Source of the DNA: Albugo candida
Taxonomy: Eukaryota
DNA length: 64,000 bases
Direction of reading: 5' to 3'
NCBI GenBank assembly: GCA_040437565.1
Contig: JBDOQK010000052.1
Span: 62,001 to 126,000 of the forward strand
Both the position numbers and the translations under genes were made by a program. How positions within the stretch are numbered: the stretch's first letter is position 1; every line of letters begins with the position of its first letter. The notes under the pieces were generated by a model. The model worked only from the letters and a program-made list of their open reading frames with translations, searched no databases and was not told where the DNA came from. Shown in pieces: positions 1 to 10,049 of this stretch.

Positions 1-3000
1 AGATGGAAACGAGTCGATTGCGTTTTGTGACTTTGGGGCTTTTGCATTTACAAATTCGTTTCGGTTTTGGAGGACTTGAACTATTTTTCGTCTCGGCTTT
101 CGCATTGGATTTGGCTTTGGATTTGACTTCCGATTTCGTCGATTCGGTGGACGTGTCTTTGGAATGGAACACATAATTGCTCGGTTGGGTGCAGATCGTA
201 TTCCCAAGAATACGTTTCTCGACATCCCATGCGATTTGTGTCACTTGTAAGCCGCTGTCTTTGCTTCGGGCGGTAGTTGTTCTCTCCAAACCGCAATGTG
301 CACACATTTCATTCCCACTTTCTTCTTGAGCCGAAGATTTGCCTTCCAGGCGTACGGCCGCACTCTGACACATTTTGACGGGTCTCTCGACTTCGACTTT
401 GGATGGAGATGGAGCGGCTATGCGATCTCGCATCAGAGATGTGACGGTAGCTGCAATGTCACCGACGGGCGCGAGTTCCCACGTGAAAAGACCAGTCATA
501 TCTCGAGCTATAAAGCGGCAACATTGTGACTCCAGTGATCCAACAACGGTGACAATGATAGCGTTCATAAGAACAAATCGAAGTAAAACAGGTTGCTGTT
601 GTTCGTATTCTGTGTTTCCATTGCTCCATTCAACACAATTCGATGTCATTTGATCCATTCCCGTGGACGGGTATCCGTTCAAATGATGTAATAAGTGGAG
701 TAATAAGCCTTCAGCGGCTAAGGCGGTCTCCTCAAAGCATCGAAGCCACGTATCCGGCGTAACACTCGCATTCGACGTCAACGTTGCGTCTTGATCCAAT
801 GACGCACGCATTTGAAGTCCGACAAACAACAAAGGAATCGATAGTCTTCGATCTCTGATCCTCCGTTTTTCCACTTCTTTTTGCCACTCGCCTTCGGGTA
901 ACACACCAATCAAAGCGGCTTCAATGGCATCAAATAAGATCGTCTTGACATCGTTATCGTGAAGAATCTGTGGACGTGCCATGACCCATACTTTAAGACA
1001 GTCGAAAATACTCGAAGTTTTGTGAAAGATCAATTTCAATGTGGGATTCTCGCTCTTGCCCGTTGATGATTCCAATGACGGCGATGTCGTTGGCGAGCTT
1101 CGATTTCGTGAAGCGTCTGTTTTCTGCTTGCTGTGTCGCGAAGAATCGCGTGAGGATGTCGAGACACCAGTGGAACTACTGGAGCTCGTTGGTGCTCGGG
1201 AAGAGCTCTTTGGCTCACTGTGAATTGCATTCTTCTCGATCTCTGCCTGTACTTCAAAAGAAGCTTCTTCCACTTGCTGTTGTGCAAAAACAGCCAGTGT
1301 CATGACGATACGTTCTGTCAAGCTTCCAGGCTCTAATTCCGCGATAAAAGCATGATAATCGGTCGCTAAATCTTGCAGGATGTGAAGTGCGGTCATGGAG
1401 ATTGTGAAATCAGATGCTTGTGATGCGTCCAAAATGTGAATGATCCACGCACTCAGAAACCGCGACTCGACCCGTGGCGTTTGGTCGATAGGAATCGTCA
1501 GATTCATGGCGATGATCGAGTAAAGGCCCCATAAAGCGCGTTGTTGGATGCTTTCGATATCGGTGAATGGAAGTGTGCGTATCCTTACAAATATTCGACC
1601 GAGAATGACGTAACACGAGTCCTTGATCTCTGGCACTTTATCGATCAAAGCGATCCATTCGTCTTCCAGCAAATTTCGTTCATATGGAGACGCGGTGTCT
1701 GTGGATTGTCGCCATATTTCTTGTATCTTTTCCTTCCAATTCACTAAATCTTGATCCGCAAAGTGTTTGGGCGTCCCCAGGAGCGAGAATGCGACTTGTA
1801 GTGCTGCTTCCAGCTCTTTTGTCCATTCAGAAGTCTTGTATTTCGATCTCTCAGCTCGATCCGAAATGTTTTGAATAATCACGCGATCAATTGTGTGTAA
1901 GAACGCTGGAATCAATACATTCGTTCCGTCCAAATTCAGCGTAAATACCCGAGACGCTTGCTGTAAGACTGTCGAGACCACCAAACCCGACGACGATGTG
2001 ATTCCACAAAAGAGAATTCGCACTAGGAGAGCCGCATGTGATTTTGCAAGAGGATTCAGTGAGCGAACTGTGCACAATTTGCATAGAATGACCAAAGCCA
2101 CACATCGAGAATTGATCATTTCAGTGTGCTCAGACTCACACGCGGGAATGAACCAATTTCCAAACAGAGCGATCAAAGTGGACGGACTTATTGCTTGTAA
2201 CGCCGACTTTGATGCTTTGATGGATCTCCCTTTCACTGGAGCTTGCAATGGTGGAGCAATCGCTGTGTCGATCCATAACTCTATCAGTTGTAATAATCCT
2301 TGTAAGACGTGGTAATGAAGTGAAGGTGGTACCGATGCCATTGTGGCTGGAGGAAGCAAGTGGAGAACCCGATCTAAAAGTATCATAGCGTCGCGTGCGG
2401 TCTGAACCTTGGCACTTAAGAATGCTGAGGCGGATTGGATGTACCCTTGTCGTCGGTCTTTACTCCGTGTAGCATTGGACCCACTATCGTTCAAGGTTAA
2501 CGGATGCTCCGACGGAAGGAGAACTGTGCCTTCTGCTGTTGTTTTGAGTGTTCCTTGTCGTTGATCCAGTAGGTACATCACAAGACAGCTTGTAAAACGC
2601 AGTTCCCGACGCCAACAAGCGACAATCTCATTCTCCAAAACGATAAATTTCTGCTCGGATGAATGGATCAGCCAGCGCCGAATAGCCAGAACAAGCTCCA
2701 TCCAAACACTATTGGAGCAGCTGGCTCGATTGATGACATTGGAATGCATCCAGACGTGAAATGTGATAGCCAACATGGCGCTTAGAATCGTTCCTCCATG
2801 TATAGGATCGCGAAAAGCTGAGCAGTTTTCGATCGTTGAGAGAACGAATTTCCGGAGGTACATGTTTGTGTATTCATCCAAAGAGCGTTGTGCAATCACT
2901 TCCAGCAATTCGATACAATGAAGCAGTAATTTGGAGTCTTCCAATTGAACGGATGGATGAAATAATTGAGAAACGTGTGAGATCATCGCACGAACTGTCT

Positions 3001-4750
3001 CATTCATTTGTTGTTTCATTCCCATTGGAATGTATTGACTCGTTTCCATGCAAACGGCTCCATAGAATTTAATTGCATCCATAATCAAATCGCTGTCGCG
3101 GTACATAAATCGCTGTCGGAATGTTTCCATCACAACTTCTGCAAACTCGCGTTTCGACCAAATGATCTCCATACAGTCGTCTCGAGGACGCAATTTGAAC
3201 AGCCAACGGGCAACCACACGCTGAAAGCTACCAGGACAATGGTGGAAGAATCCAAATGTGTCGCCTTCTTCTTTGAGTCCCACTTTATGGCATACTTTTG
3301 GGTACAAAATTGGCATAAAAAAACGCATTATCAATTCACACCAAAACTCAAATCGGTCTGTTTCTGAGGCACTTGACGCTTTCCCATTGCTTGTCGAAGG
3401 GGATGGTGCTGTACTGGCGGGATTTTTGTCTTCTGTGGGTGCTGTCACGTTTCGATCCTTCTCGAGGCTCAAATCCATTAAGAAACGAAGCATATCGACG
3501 GGTTCTTCGGCTTGTGTGGGATTGGGACGTACCCAGCCTTCCACGTACGTTCCATCGTTCATGAATTTATCGGGTAACGAGTTTGTTGTGCCAGCAAATG
3601 GCGAGAAATCAATGCTTTCACGCATCAAATCGAGGTGGACACATGCTCTGGAGGACACACATTCATTGAAGAGTGATTGGAACACTTGTGCTCCTGTGGC
3701 TGCGGCAGGAAAAGAGCCCAAAGTCTCGCTAAATTCGCTGGTATTTCCCGCGGTATTGCGATGCGCGGTAGCGGTTGCATGCGGTTCAGTTTGGGTGGAA
3801 CCGGTCCCGAGATGCCCAGAACCGATGCCATTATTTCCGTTCGCGGATGTGTCGATGCCTGCGAAAGGGTATTCGCCGTTACTGTTTGCGACTTGAGTGA
3901 GTATCATTGTCGCTCCTGCGGTAGGGTGCATTTCCACGAGCTGAAATTGAGACAAGGATCGCATTGCGTCTGTATATAATGCGAGACATCGAAACGCATA
4001 TTTTTTGATAATAGAATGATTCTCTCGTTGAAGTAATTTCAAAAATAAGAGCGAGAATCCATTTTTTTTCCATCCGGTTCGAATTAGATCCCGATTATTA
4101 CGTATCAAGATCTCTAGCCCTTCAAAAACATCTGTCCAATCATCGACGTCCAAGACTTGCTTTTTTTGCCGAATTTTTCGAAATGTCACATTCTCATGAG
4201 GAGTGTACATGGACTCCATCTCTGTGATACAATCATTCACCACGAGAAAGAAAATAGATGCGTTTCCTGGATCGCTCCAAAAATCTTTTAATATTCGACG
4301 AACAGCAAGCGCCGTTGGGTTCATTGCGACTGCGTCATTCTCAATGTTGGCGTCCTTGTTCTCATGATGCGTTTCTTGTGACCCTAAAAGTGTTGTCTCA
4401 GAAGAGTACAGCGCGTTTGTGAGATTCAACTTTGACGCGCTTCCGCCTGTTAATGCGGTGACCGCCATTCCGACAAGATTTGCCGCTCCGCTTTCTTGAA
4501 TTGGATTTTTCAGGAAATCCAAGACATTTCGAAGGCGTTTACGTGGTGGGCGATCTGAAGTATAGAATTTAGAGAGTTTTTTTGTGTATTCGGGAGGATC
4601 TCTTCGTCCGCTTGAGATAGAAGGAGCGCCGGGAGGGGTGGTGTTGGAAGCACTTGTGTTAGATACCGAAAAGCCCGTACCGTTATTGCTTCCTCCACCG
4701 CTCGATCCTGTCTGACTGATATTTGCATTCTCTCCTCGACGCATTTCCAT
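1..4750 (-). CDS. Ral GTPase-activating protein alpha-subunit-like (RalGAPA/tuberin-related), 3'-truncated by window edge
   Basis: I hand-translated parts of this minus-strand frame. ATG at 4750 (MEMRRGENANISQ...) follows an in-frame TGA, and the ORF track lists no stop-bounded ORF in this frame, so it is open to position 1. Motifs AAEGLLLHLLHHLNGYPS, LRFVLMNAIIVTV, RFIARDMTGLFTW and IFDCLKVWVMA resemble RalGAPA segments upstream of the RapGAP domain, which would lie outside the window. Confidence 0.72.
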   Translation of the reverse strand, partial: MEMRRGENANISQTGSSGGGSNNGTGFSVSNTSASNTTPPGAPSISSGRRDPPEYTKKLSKFYTSDRPPRKRLRNVLDFLKNPIQESGAANLVGMAVTALTGGSASKLNLTNALYSSETTLLGSQETHHENKDANIENDAVAMNPTALAVRRILKDFWSDPGNASIFFLVVNDCITEMESMYTPHENVTFRKIRQKKQVLDVDDWTDVFEGLEILIRNNRDLIRTGWKKNGFSLLFLKLLQRENHSIIKKYAFRCLALYTDAMRSLSQFQLVEMHPTAGATMILTQVANSNGEYPFAGIDTSANGNNGIGSGHLGTGSTQTEPHATATAHRNTAGNTSEFSETLGSFPAAATGAQVFQSLFNECVSSRACVHLDLMRESIDFSPFAGTTNSLPDKFMNDGTYVEGWVRPNPTQAEEPVDMLRFLMDLSLEKDRNVTAPTEDKNPASTAPSPSTSNGKASSASETDRFEFWCELIMRFFMPILYPKVCHKVGLKEEGDTFGFFHHCPGSFQRVVARWLFKLRPRDDCMEIIWSKREFAEVVMETFRQRFMYRDSDLIMDAIKFYGAVCMETSQYIPMGMKQQMNETVRAMISHVSQLFHPSVQLEDSKLLLHCIELLEVIAQRSLDEYTNMYLRKFVLSTIENCSAFRDPIHGGTILSAMLAITFHVWMHSNVINRASCSNSVWMELVLAIRRWLIHSSEQKFIVLENEIVACWRRELRFTSCLVMYLLDQRQGTLKTTAEGTVLLPSEHPLTLNDSGSNATRSKDRRQGYIQSASAFLSAKVQTARDAMILLDRVLHLLPPATMASVPPSLHYHVLQGLLQLIELWIDTAIAPPLQAPVKGRSIKASKSALQAISPSTLIALFGNWFIPACESEHTEMINSRCVALVILCKLCTVRSLNPLAKSHAALLVRILFCGITSSSGLVVSTVLQQASRVFTLNLDGTNVLIPAFLHTIDRVIIQNISDRAERSKYKTSEWTKELEAALQVAFSLLGTPKHFADQDLVNWKEKIQEIWRQSTDTASPYERNLLEDEWIALIDKVPEIKDSCYVILGRIFVRIRTLPFTDIESIQQRALWGLYSIIAMNLTIPIDQTPRVESRFLSAWIIHILDASQASDFTISMTALHILQDLATDYHAFIAELEPGSLTERIVMTLAVFAQQQVEEASFEVQAEIEKNAIHSEPKSSSRAPTSSSSSTGVSTSSRDSSRHSKQKTDASRNRSSPTTSPSLESSTGKSENPTLKLIFHKTSSIFDCLKVWVMARPQILHDNDVKTILFDAIEAALIGVLPEGEWQKEVEKRRIRDRRLSIPLLFVGLQMRASLDQDATLTSNASVTPDTWLRCFEETALAAEGLLLHLLHHLNGYPSTGMDQMTSNCVEWSNGNTEYEQQQPVLLRFVLMNAIIVTVVGSLESQCCRFIARDMTGLFTWELAPVGDIAATVTSLMRDRIAAPSPSKVEVERPVKMCQSAAVRLEGKSSAQEESGNEMCAHCGLERTTTARSKDSGLQVTQIAWDVEKRILGNTICTQPSNYVFHSKDTSTESTKSEVKSKAKSNAKAETKNSSSPPKPKRICKCKSPKVTKRNRLVSI

Positions 4751-4947
4751 TTTTCAGCCAAAAGTTGCACCAACTAGTCAAGGTCGTGTGAATGTCGTAA
4801 CAAAGTAAAAAATACTTGCTCGAAATACCGGTATGTTGTCAGTTTTANNNNNNNNNNNNNNNNNNNNNNNNNNNNNNNNNNNNNNNNNNNNNNNNNNNNN
4901 NNNNNNNNNNNNNNNNNNNNNNNNNNNNNNNNNNNNNNNNNNNNNNN

Positions 4948-7249
4948 TAGCATCATCGGGCAAAATGGCTTCAGTACCGACTGCTTCCTGCGCGGATGCT
5001 AGCGACGCTCGTGTTTTTCGAAGATTCTTTCTCATCTTCTCATACATTCGCTGGTTGGATCGAGATACGGACGGGAAAACGTGGTCAAATGCTTGATGGA
5101 AATGAGTTTGGGAGATACGAAGATGGCACGGATCCAATGCGTGCAAATCAGCATCACGTAGAGCAGCCAAACCAGCTTCACGAACGAGAGCACTGATATC
5201 AGCTCCACTGAATCCATCACAACGATGGTCTGAAGCGATAGATGAGAGGCAAATGGATGGGTCTAGACGGCATCGTCTCGTGACGGTTTGAAGTATCGAC
5301 AAGCGATCCTCTGGAATCGGAAGTGGGACGTATAATAGCTTATCGAGACGGCCAGGTCGCAGCATTGCTGGATCAATTATATCAGGTCGGTTAGTCGCAG
5401 CGATCACGAATACATTTTTTCGACTGTCTAATCCATCCATTTCGGTCAGTAGTTGGTTTACAACACGTTCCGTGACGCTACTGCCGCTGTCGTAACTCGT
5501 CCCATTGGAACGACGAGGACACAATGCATCAAGCTCGTCAAAGAAAATGACGCATGGAGATGAAGCTCTTGCACGCTGAAACACTTGACGTACCGCACGC
5601 TCCGACTCTCCGACATACTTGTCTAGAAGCTCAGGGCCTTTGATACTGATGAAATTTGCTTCACTTTCATTTGCGATAGCTTTTGCTAGTAGTGTTTTAC
5701 CACATCCAGGAGGGCCATAGAGTAACACACCCGCAGGCATTTCGAGACCGAGAGCCTCAAACCGCTCTGGGTGGCGAATTGGATGCAAAATTGAGACCAC
5801 CAACTCATCACGAACCGCTGCCAGTGCACCAATGTCAGCCCAACTCACATCGGATGTCGTTGCAAAGCCTTCCCGTTTGGAACTTGGCTGGACTTTTTGT
5901 ATTGCCGCAAGAAAATCCGTCATATTAATCCTCAACGGCTCCAATTGTGCAGGTGTGAAAGGAGTAACAAGCGATCTGAAATTGTCATGCACGGAATCAT
6001 TCGCGGTGGTCTCATCTTTTGTGGAGGTAGAAGCACTGGATTCATCATTTTCATCAGCGGGCTCCGATACACTGATCATCGTCGTAAAGATCCGATTCAC
6101 AGCGATGACAGCAGCTTCCTTAGTGAGCGAAACGAGATCCGCACCCACATACCCTGGAGTCTTGCGTGCGATTTCGTGAAAGTCGAAATCCCCATCCAGT
6201 CTCATTTTACCAGCAAGTTTTTGAAGTATCGACATCCTTGCAAATTCATCGGGAATCCCCAAGCAAATCTCACGATCAAAACGACCAGCTCGTCGAAGTG
6301 CCGAATCCAACGCATCTGGACGATTGGTAGCACCGATTATCAAGACAGGTTTACCTCCGGTATTCTCAAGCGATAAAGAATCAATCGAAGTCAGCAACTG
6401 AGCCACAATTCGTCTTTCCATTCCTCGTTGTGCAGTTTCACGTTTGGGAGTGATCGCGTCAATCTCATCAATAAAGACAATTGCTGGCGCATTCTTCACA
6501 GCTTCTTGGAACAATTCACGCACTTTTTGCTCCGATTCTCCCGACATTCCCGATACTATCTCTGGAGCTGAAATGCGTATAAAGGCTGCACCAGATTCCC
6601 CCGCAATGGAGTTGGCAAGCATTGTTTTTCCCGTCCCAGGCGGTCCATGAAGCAAGATTCCTCGTGGTGGCTCAACGCCGAGATGCACGTATACTTCCGG
6701 GTGGGTCAATGGATACTCAATCAGCTCTTTTACTTCTTGCAAAATCGCGTGGATACCTCCAAAATCAGAGTATCGTGTTCGCGGACGCTCAACCAAGTAC
6801 GAACTGTCGACCGTGTCCGAGCCAATCTCATTCACCGCATCGCCATCATCTCGTTTATGTTTCTTGGCTCGATTTCGCTTCATCTTTTTCGCTAACGTTC
6901 CCACCGGTTTTGGGTCCGGTACAGACGGAAGATTGGCCGCGTAATTCGCACGAATGGAAGCATTCAGCGCACCAGAGGATTTCTGGATCGCTTGGACCTT
7001 TGTATCATGTTCCGACGCAAATTGCTCGTCTGAATCAACGGATGCTATCCTTGCGCGTTTCTTCTCTTCTTGTGCATTGGCGTAGACGCGATGGATGAGC
7101 GTTTTCAGCACAGATTTCGGTTTTCTGGCGTATTCTTTGTACGAGTCAATAAGATGATGAAGCACAGTCTCTTCCAGTGGTAGTGTCTTGTGCTCTTGTT
7201 CGTAAAGAGTGAGAAAACGACGCGTATGGAAGGATACTTTGGCTTGCAT
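4948..7249 (-). CDS. NVL: Nuclear valosin-like AAA+ ATPase (NVL/Rix7), 60S ribosome biogenesis
   Basis: Two AAA domains ([26 protein letters not shown]) plus NVL-typical [11 protein letters not shown] and a basic N-terminal region. First ATG at 7249; the stop falls in the N gap at 4848-4947. Confidence 0.9.
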
Positions 7250-7308
7250 GGCGCCACTCAATCGGAGTATACCGGTACTCCACCGGTATTCCTCGCATTA
7301 CGCTATCA
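7250..7308. promoter_or_regulatory. 59 bp head-to-head spacer (NVL/MTHFR) containing palindromic TACCGGTA and CACCGGTA
   Basis: Divergent ATGs at 7249 and 7309; motif copies at 7270-7277 and 7281-7288. Confidence 0.55.
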
Positions 7309-9968
7309 ATGTCGCGAATCATTACATCCATCCAGTCGACGTATCAGCAGCACTCGGACCTCACACACAAGTCCACGGCACGTCCTCGTCCCACAATCTC
7401 CTTTGAATACTTTCCGGCGAAAACGGAAGATGGGATTTTCAATCTTTTGAATCGAATTGAAGAAATGGGCTTTACGCTCCAGCCAACATTTGTGACGTTA
7501 ACGTGGCGTTCTGCGTTCAAAGATGCGTCCTTATGGCTCCGTATCGGTGCACATATTCAAAAGTGCTTTGAGCTGAACGTTTTGATGCATCTTACATGCC
7601 ACTTATCGCGGGAATCCATTAGAGAGATCCTCATACAAGCTCGAGAAATGGGAATTTGCAATATCTTGGCACTTCGTGGAGATCCGCCAATTGGAAAAGA
7701 TCGCTGGGTAGCTAATCGTGATGGATTCAATAACGCTGTGGATCTCATTCAATTCATTCGGCAAGAGCATGGAGATTACTTTTGTATCGCGTGTGCAGGA
7801 TACCCCGAAGTCCATACGGAAGCATGGAATCAGCCAGAGTATTTGCCGCCTTCCAAAGAAGCCAAGAGTCTGGACCTTGAGCGACTCAAGATGAAGCAAG
7901 ACGCTGGAGCTGATTTCATCATCACACAATTCTTCTTTGACGTTGACAATTTACTTTGTTGGGTTCAAGACTGCCGTACAGCTGGTATCACGATTCCGAT
8001 ACTCCCGGGGTATCTCCCGATCCAAAATTATAATTCGTTTGTAAAGTTCACACAATGGTGCAAGACTCGCGTTCCCGGAACAATATTGAAGACATTGGAC
8101 ACGATACAGAACGATGATACTGCGGTGAAAGAGTATGGGACTCGACTGGCGATTGAAACGTGTGAGAGAATACTGAAAGCCGGAATACCTTCTCTCCATT
8201 TCTACACAATGAATTTGGCTACTACAGTCACCAAAATACTTTGTGGACTCGATTTAATTCCCAGTCCGAGTGAGCGCGAGCTTCCATGGCACACGACGAT
8301 ACTACGACGTAATGTGACCAAAGCTGTTGCGGGAAAGTCAAACAGCGAGCTCAATGAGAAGCAAATGCGTCACATCTCCGACGGGGATCGAGAAAGCAAT
8401 GGACATTTACGAAAAAGCAAAGATGAGCGTGTCCGTCCGATTTTCTGGTCTAATCGTCAAGCTAGTTATATCGCGAGAACTTCAGGTTGGGACGACTACC
8501 CAAATGGACGCTGGGGTGATCGCACAAGTCCTGCTTATGGAGAGATCTCTGAGTATTATTTGGCATTCAAGCGACCAAAGTTGAATCGTTTGGAAATGTG
8601 GGGAAAGCCTGCATCGGAATCTGACGTCTGGAATGTATTTGTTCGTTTTTTGTCGGGACAAGTCACCCAGCTGCCGTGGTGTGAACAAGCATTATCCAAA
8701 GAAAGCTCCTTCATTCGAGAAAAGCTGAAATGGATCAATCAACATGGTTTCTTGACGATCAATAGCCAGCCGCGTGTGAATGGCGCGTCTTCCAGAGACT
8801 CTGCTGTTGGATGGGGTGGTGCTGATGGATTTGTGTTCCAGAAAGCATACGTGGAATTCTTTTGCTCGCCGTTGTGGATCCACAAACTCTTGAAGGCAAT
8901 GGAAGCCTACCCGACACTTTCGTATCACGCTTTGGATCGTCAAGGGAACGAATTTCGAAATAAACCTGCGGNNNNNNNNNNNNNNNNNNNNNNNNNNNNN
9001 NNNNNNNNNNNNNNNNNNNNNNNNNNNNNNNNNNNNNNNNNNNNNNNNNNNNNNNNNNNNNNNNNNNNNNNTTTGTTCGTTTTTTGTCGGGACAAGTCAC
9101 CCAGCTGCCGTGGTGTGAACAAGCATTATCCAAAGAAAGCTCCTTCATTCGAGAAAAGCTGAAATGGATCAATCAACATGGTTTCTTGACGATCAATAGC
9201 CAGCCGCGTGTGAATGGCGCGTCTTCCAGAGACTCTGCTGTTGGATGGGGTGGTGCTGATGGATTTGTGTTCCAGAAAGCATACGTGGAATTCTTTTGCT
9301 CGCCGTTGTGGATCCACAAACTCTTGAAGGCAATGGAAGCCTACCCGACACTTTCGTATCACGCTTTGGATCGTCAAGGGAACGAATTTCGAAATAAACC
9401 TGCGGATAGTGTCACCGCAGTCACGTGGGGAGTCTTCCCTGGAAGAGAAGTTCTCCAGCCAACGATTGTGGATACCAGCAGTTTTGGAGCGTGGAAGGAT
9501 GAAGCATTCGAATTGTGGCAGACACAATGGGCAACTTTGTACGAGAAAGACTCCGAGACGTTCCAAGTGATCCAAGCCATTTGCTCTTCGTATTTCCTGG
9601 TCAACATTGTCGATCATGATTACACAAACGGTACGTTCCAATGCGACAGATACATCAAGTCGTACTGAATTGAATTTGATTCTTCCATAGAAAACAGCGA
9701 TATTTTTCGAATTTTCACGCAGCTCATTGCCGATGAAATGAGTAAGGAAGCCCTTCACGATCGAATGTTTGATTTGGAGCATACAAATGAACGTCTCCAC
9801 GAGAATGTCACTCAATTGATCCATTTACAGGATACTTTGATGGGCGATTTGAAGCAGGCTCACGCTGGAATGGAGTCTTTACGACGAGAGAATGACACAC
9901 TTGCACTTCGAGTACGTCAATTGGAATCACAGCTCGCTAGTCCGCAAACACGATCGATCTTCACGTAG
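7309..9968 (+). CDS. MTHFR: Methylenetetrahydrofolate reductase (catalytic plus regulatory domain) with C-terminal coiled-coil extension
   Basis: ISFEYFPAKT, HLTC, ALRGDPP, AGYPE, ITQFFFDV, YPNGRWGD, TINSQP, VTWGVFPGREVLQPT. The gap at 8972-9071 is flanked by a duplicated ~334 bp. Intron 9631-9690 (GT..AG) joins in frame to the ORF ending at 9968. Confidence 0.95.
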
Positions 9969-10049
9969 CGCACAGTTGATAAGTGGTACTTTGTTCAATG
10001 TATACGGTTGTGATGTTGAATCGATGTGGTGAATGCATTGACTCCATTG

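Noticed and set aside
1893-3979. Plus-strand ORFs of 100-212 aa
   Set aside because: Antisense shadows of the long minus-strand RalGAP-like CDS.
4778-4947. ORF-track extension of NVL through the X run to 4778
   Set aside because: The frame across a fixed-size gap is arbitrary, and 4751-4847 is more likely the promoter of the next gene.
8638-9405. Apparent internal duplication in MTHFR
   Set aside because: The identical sequence sits on both sides of a 100-N gap, which indicates an unmerged contig overlap rather than biology.
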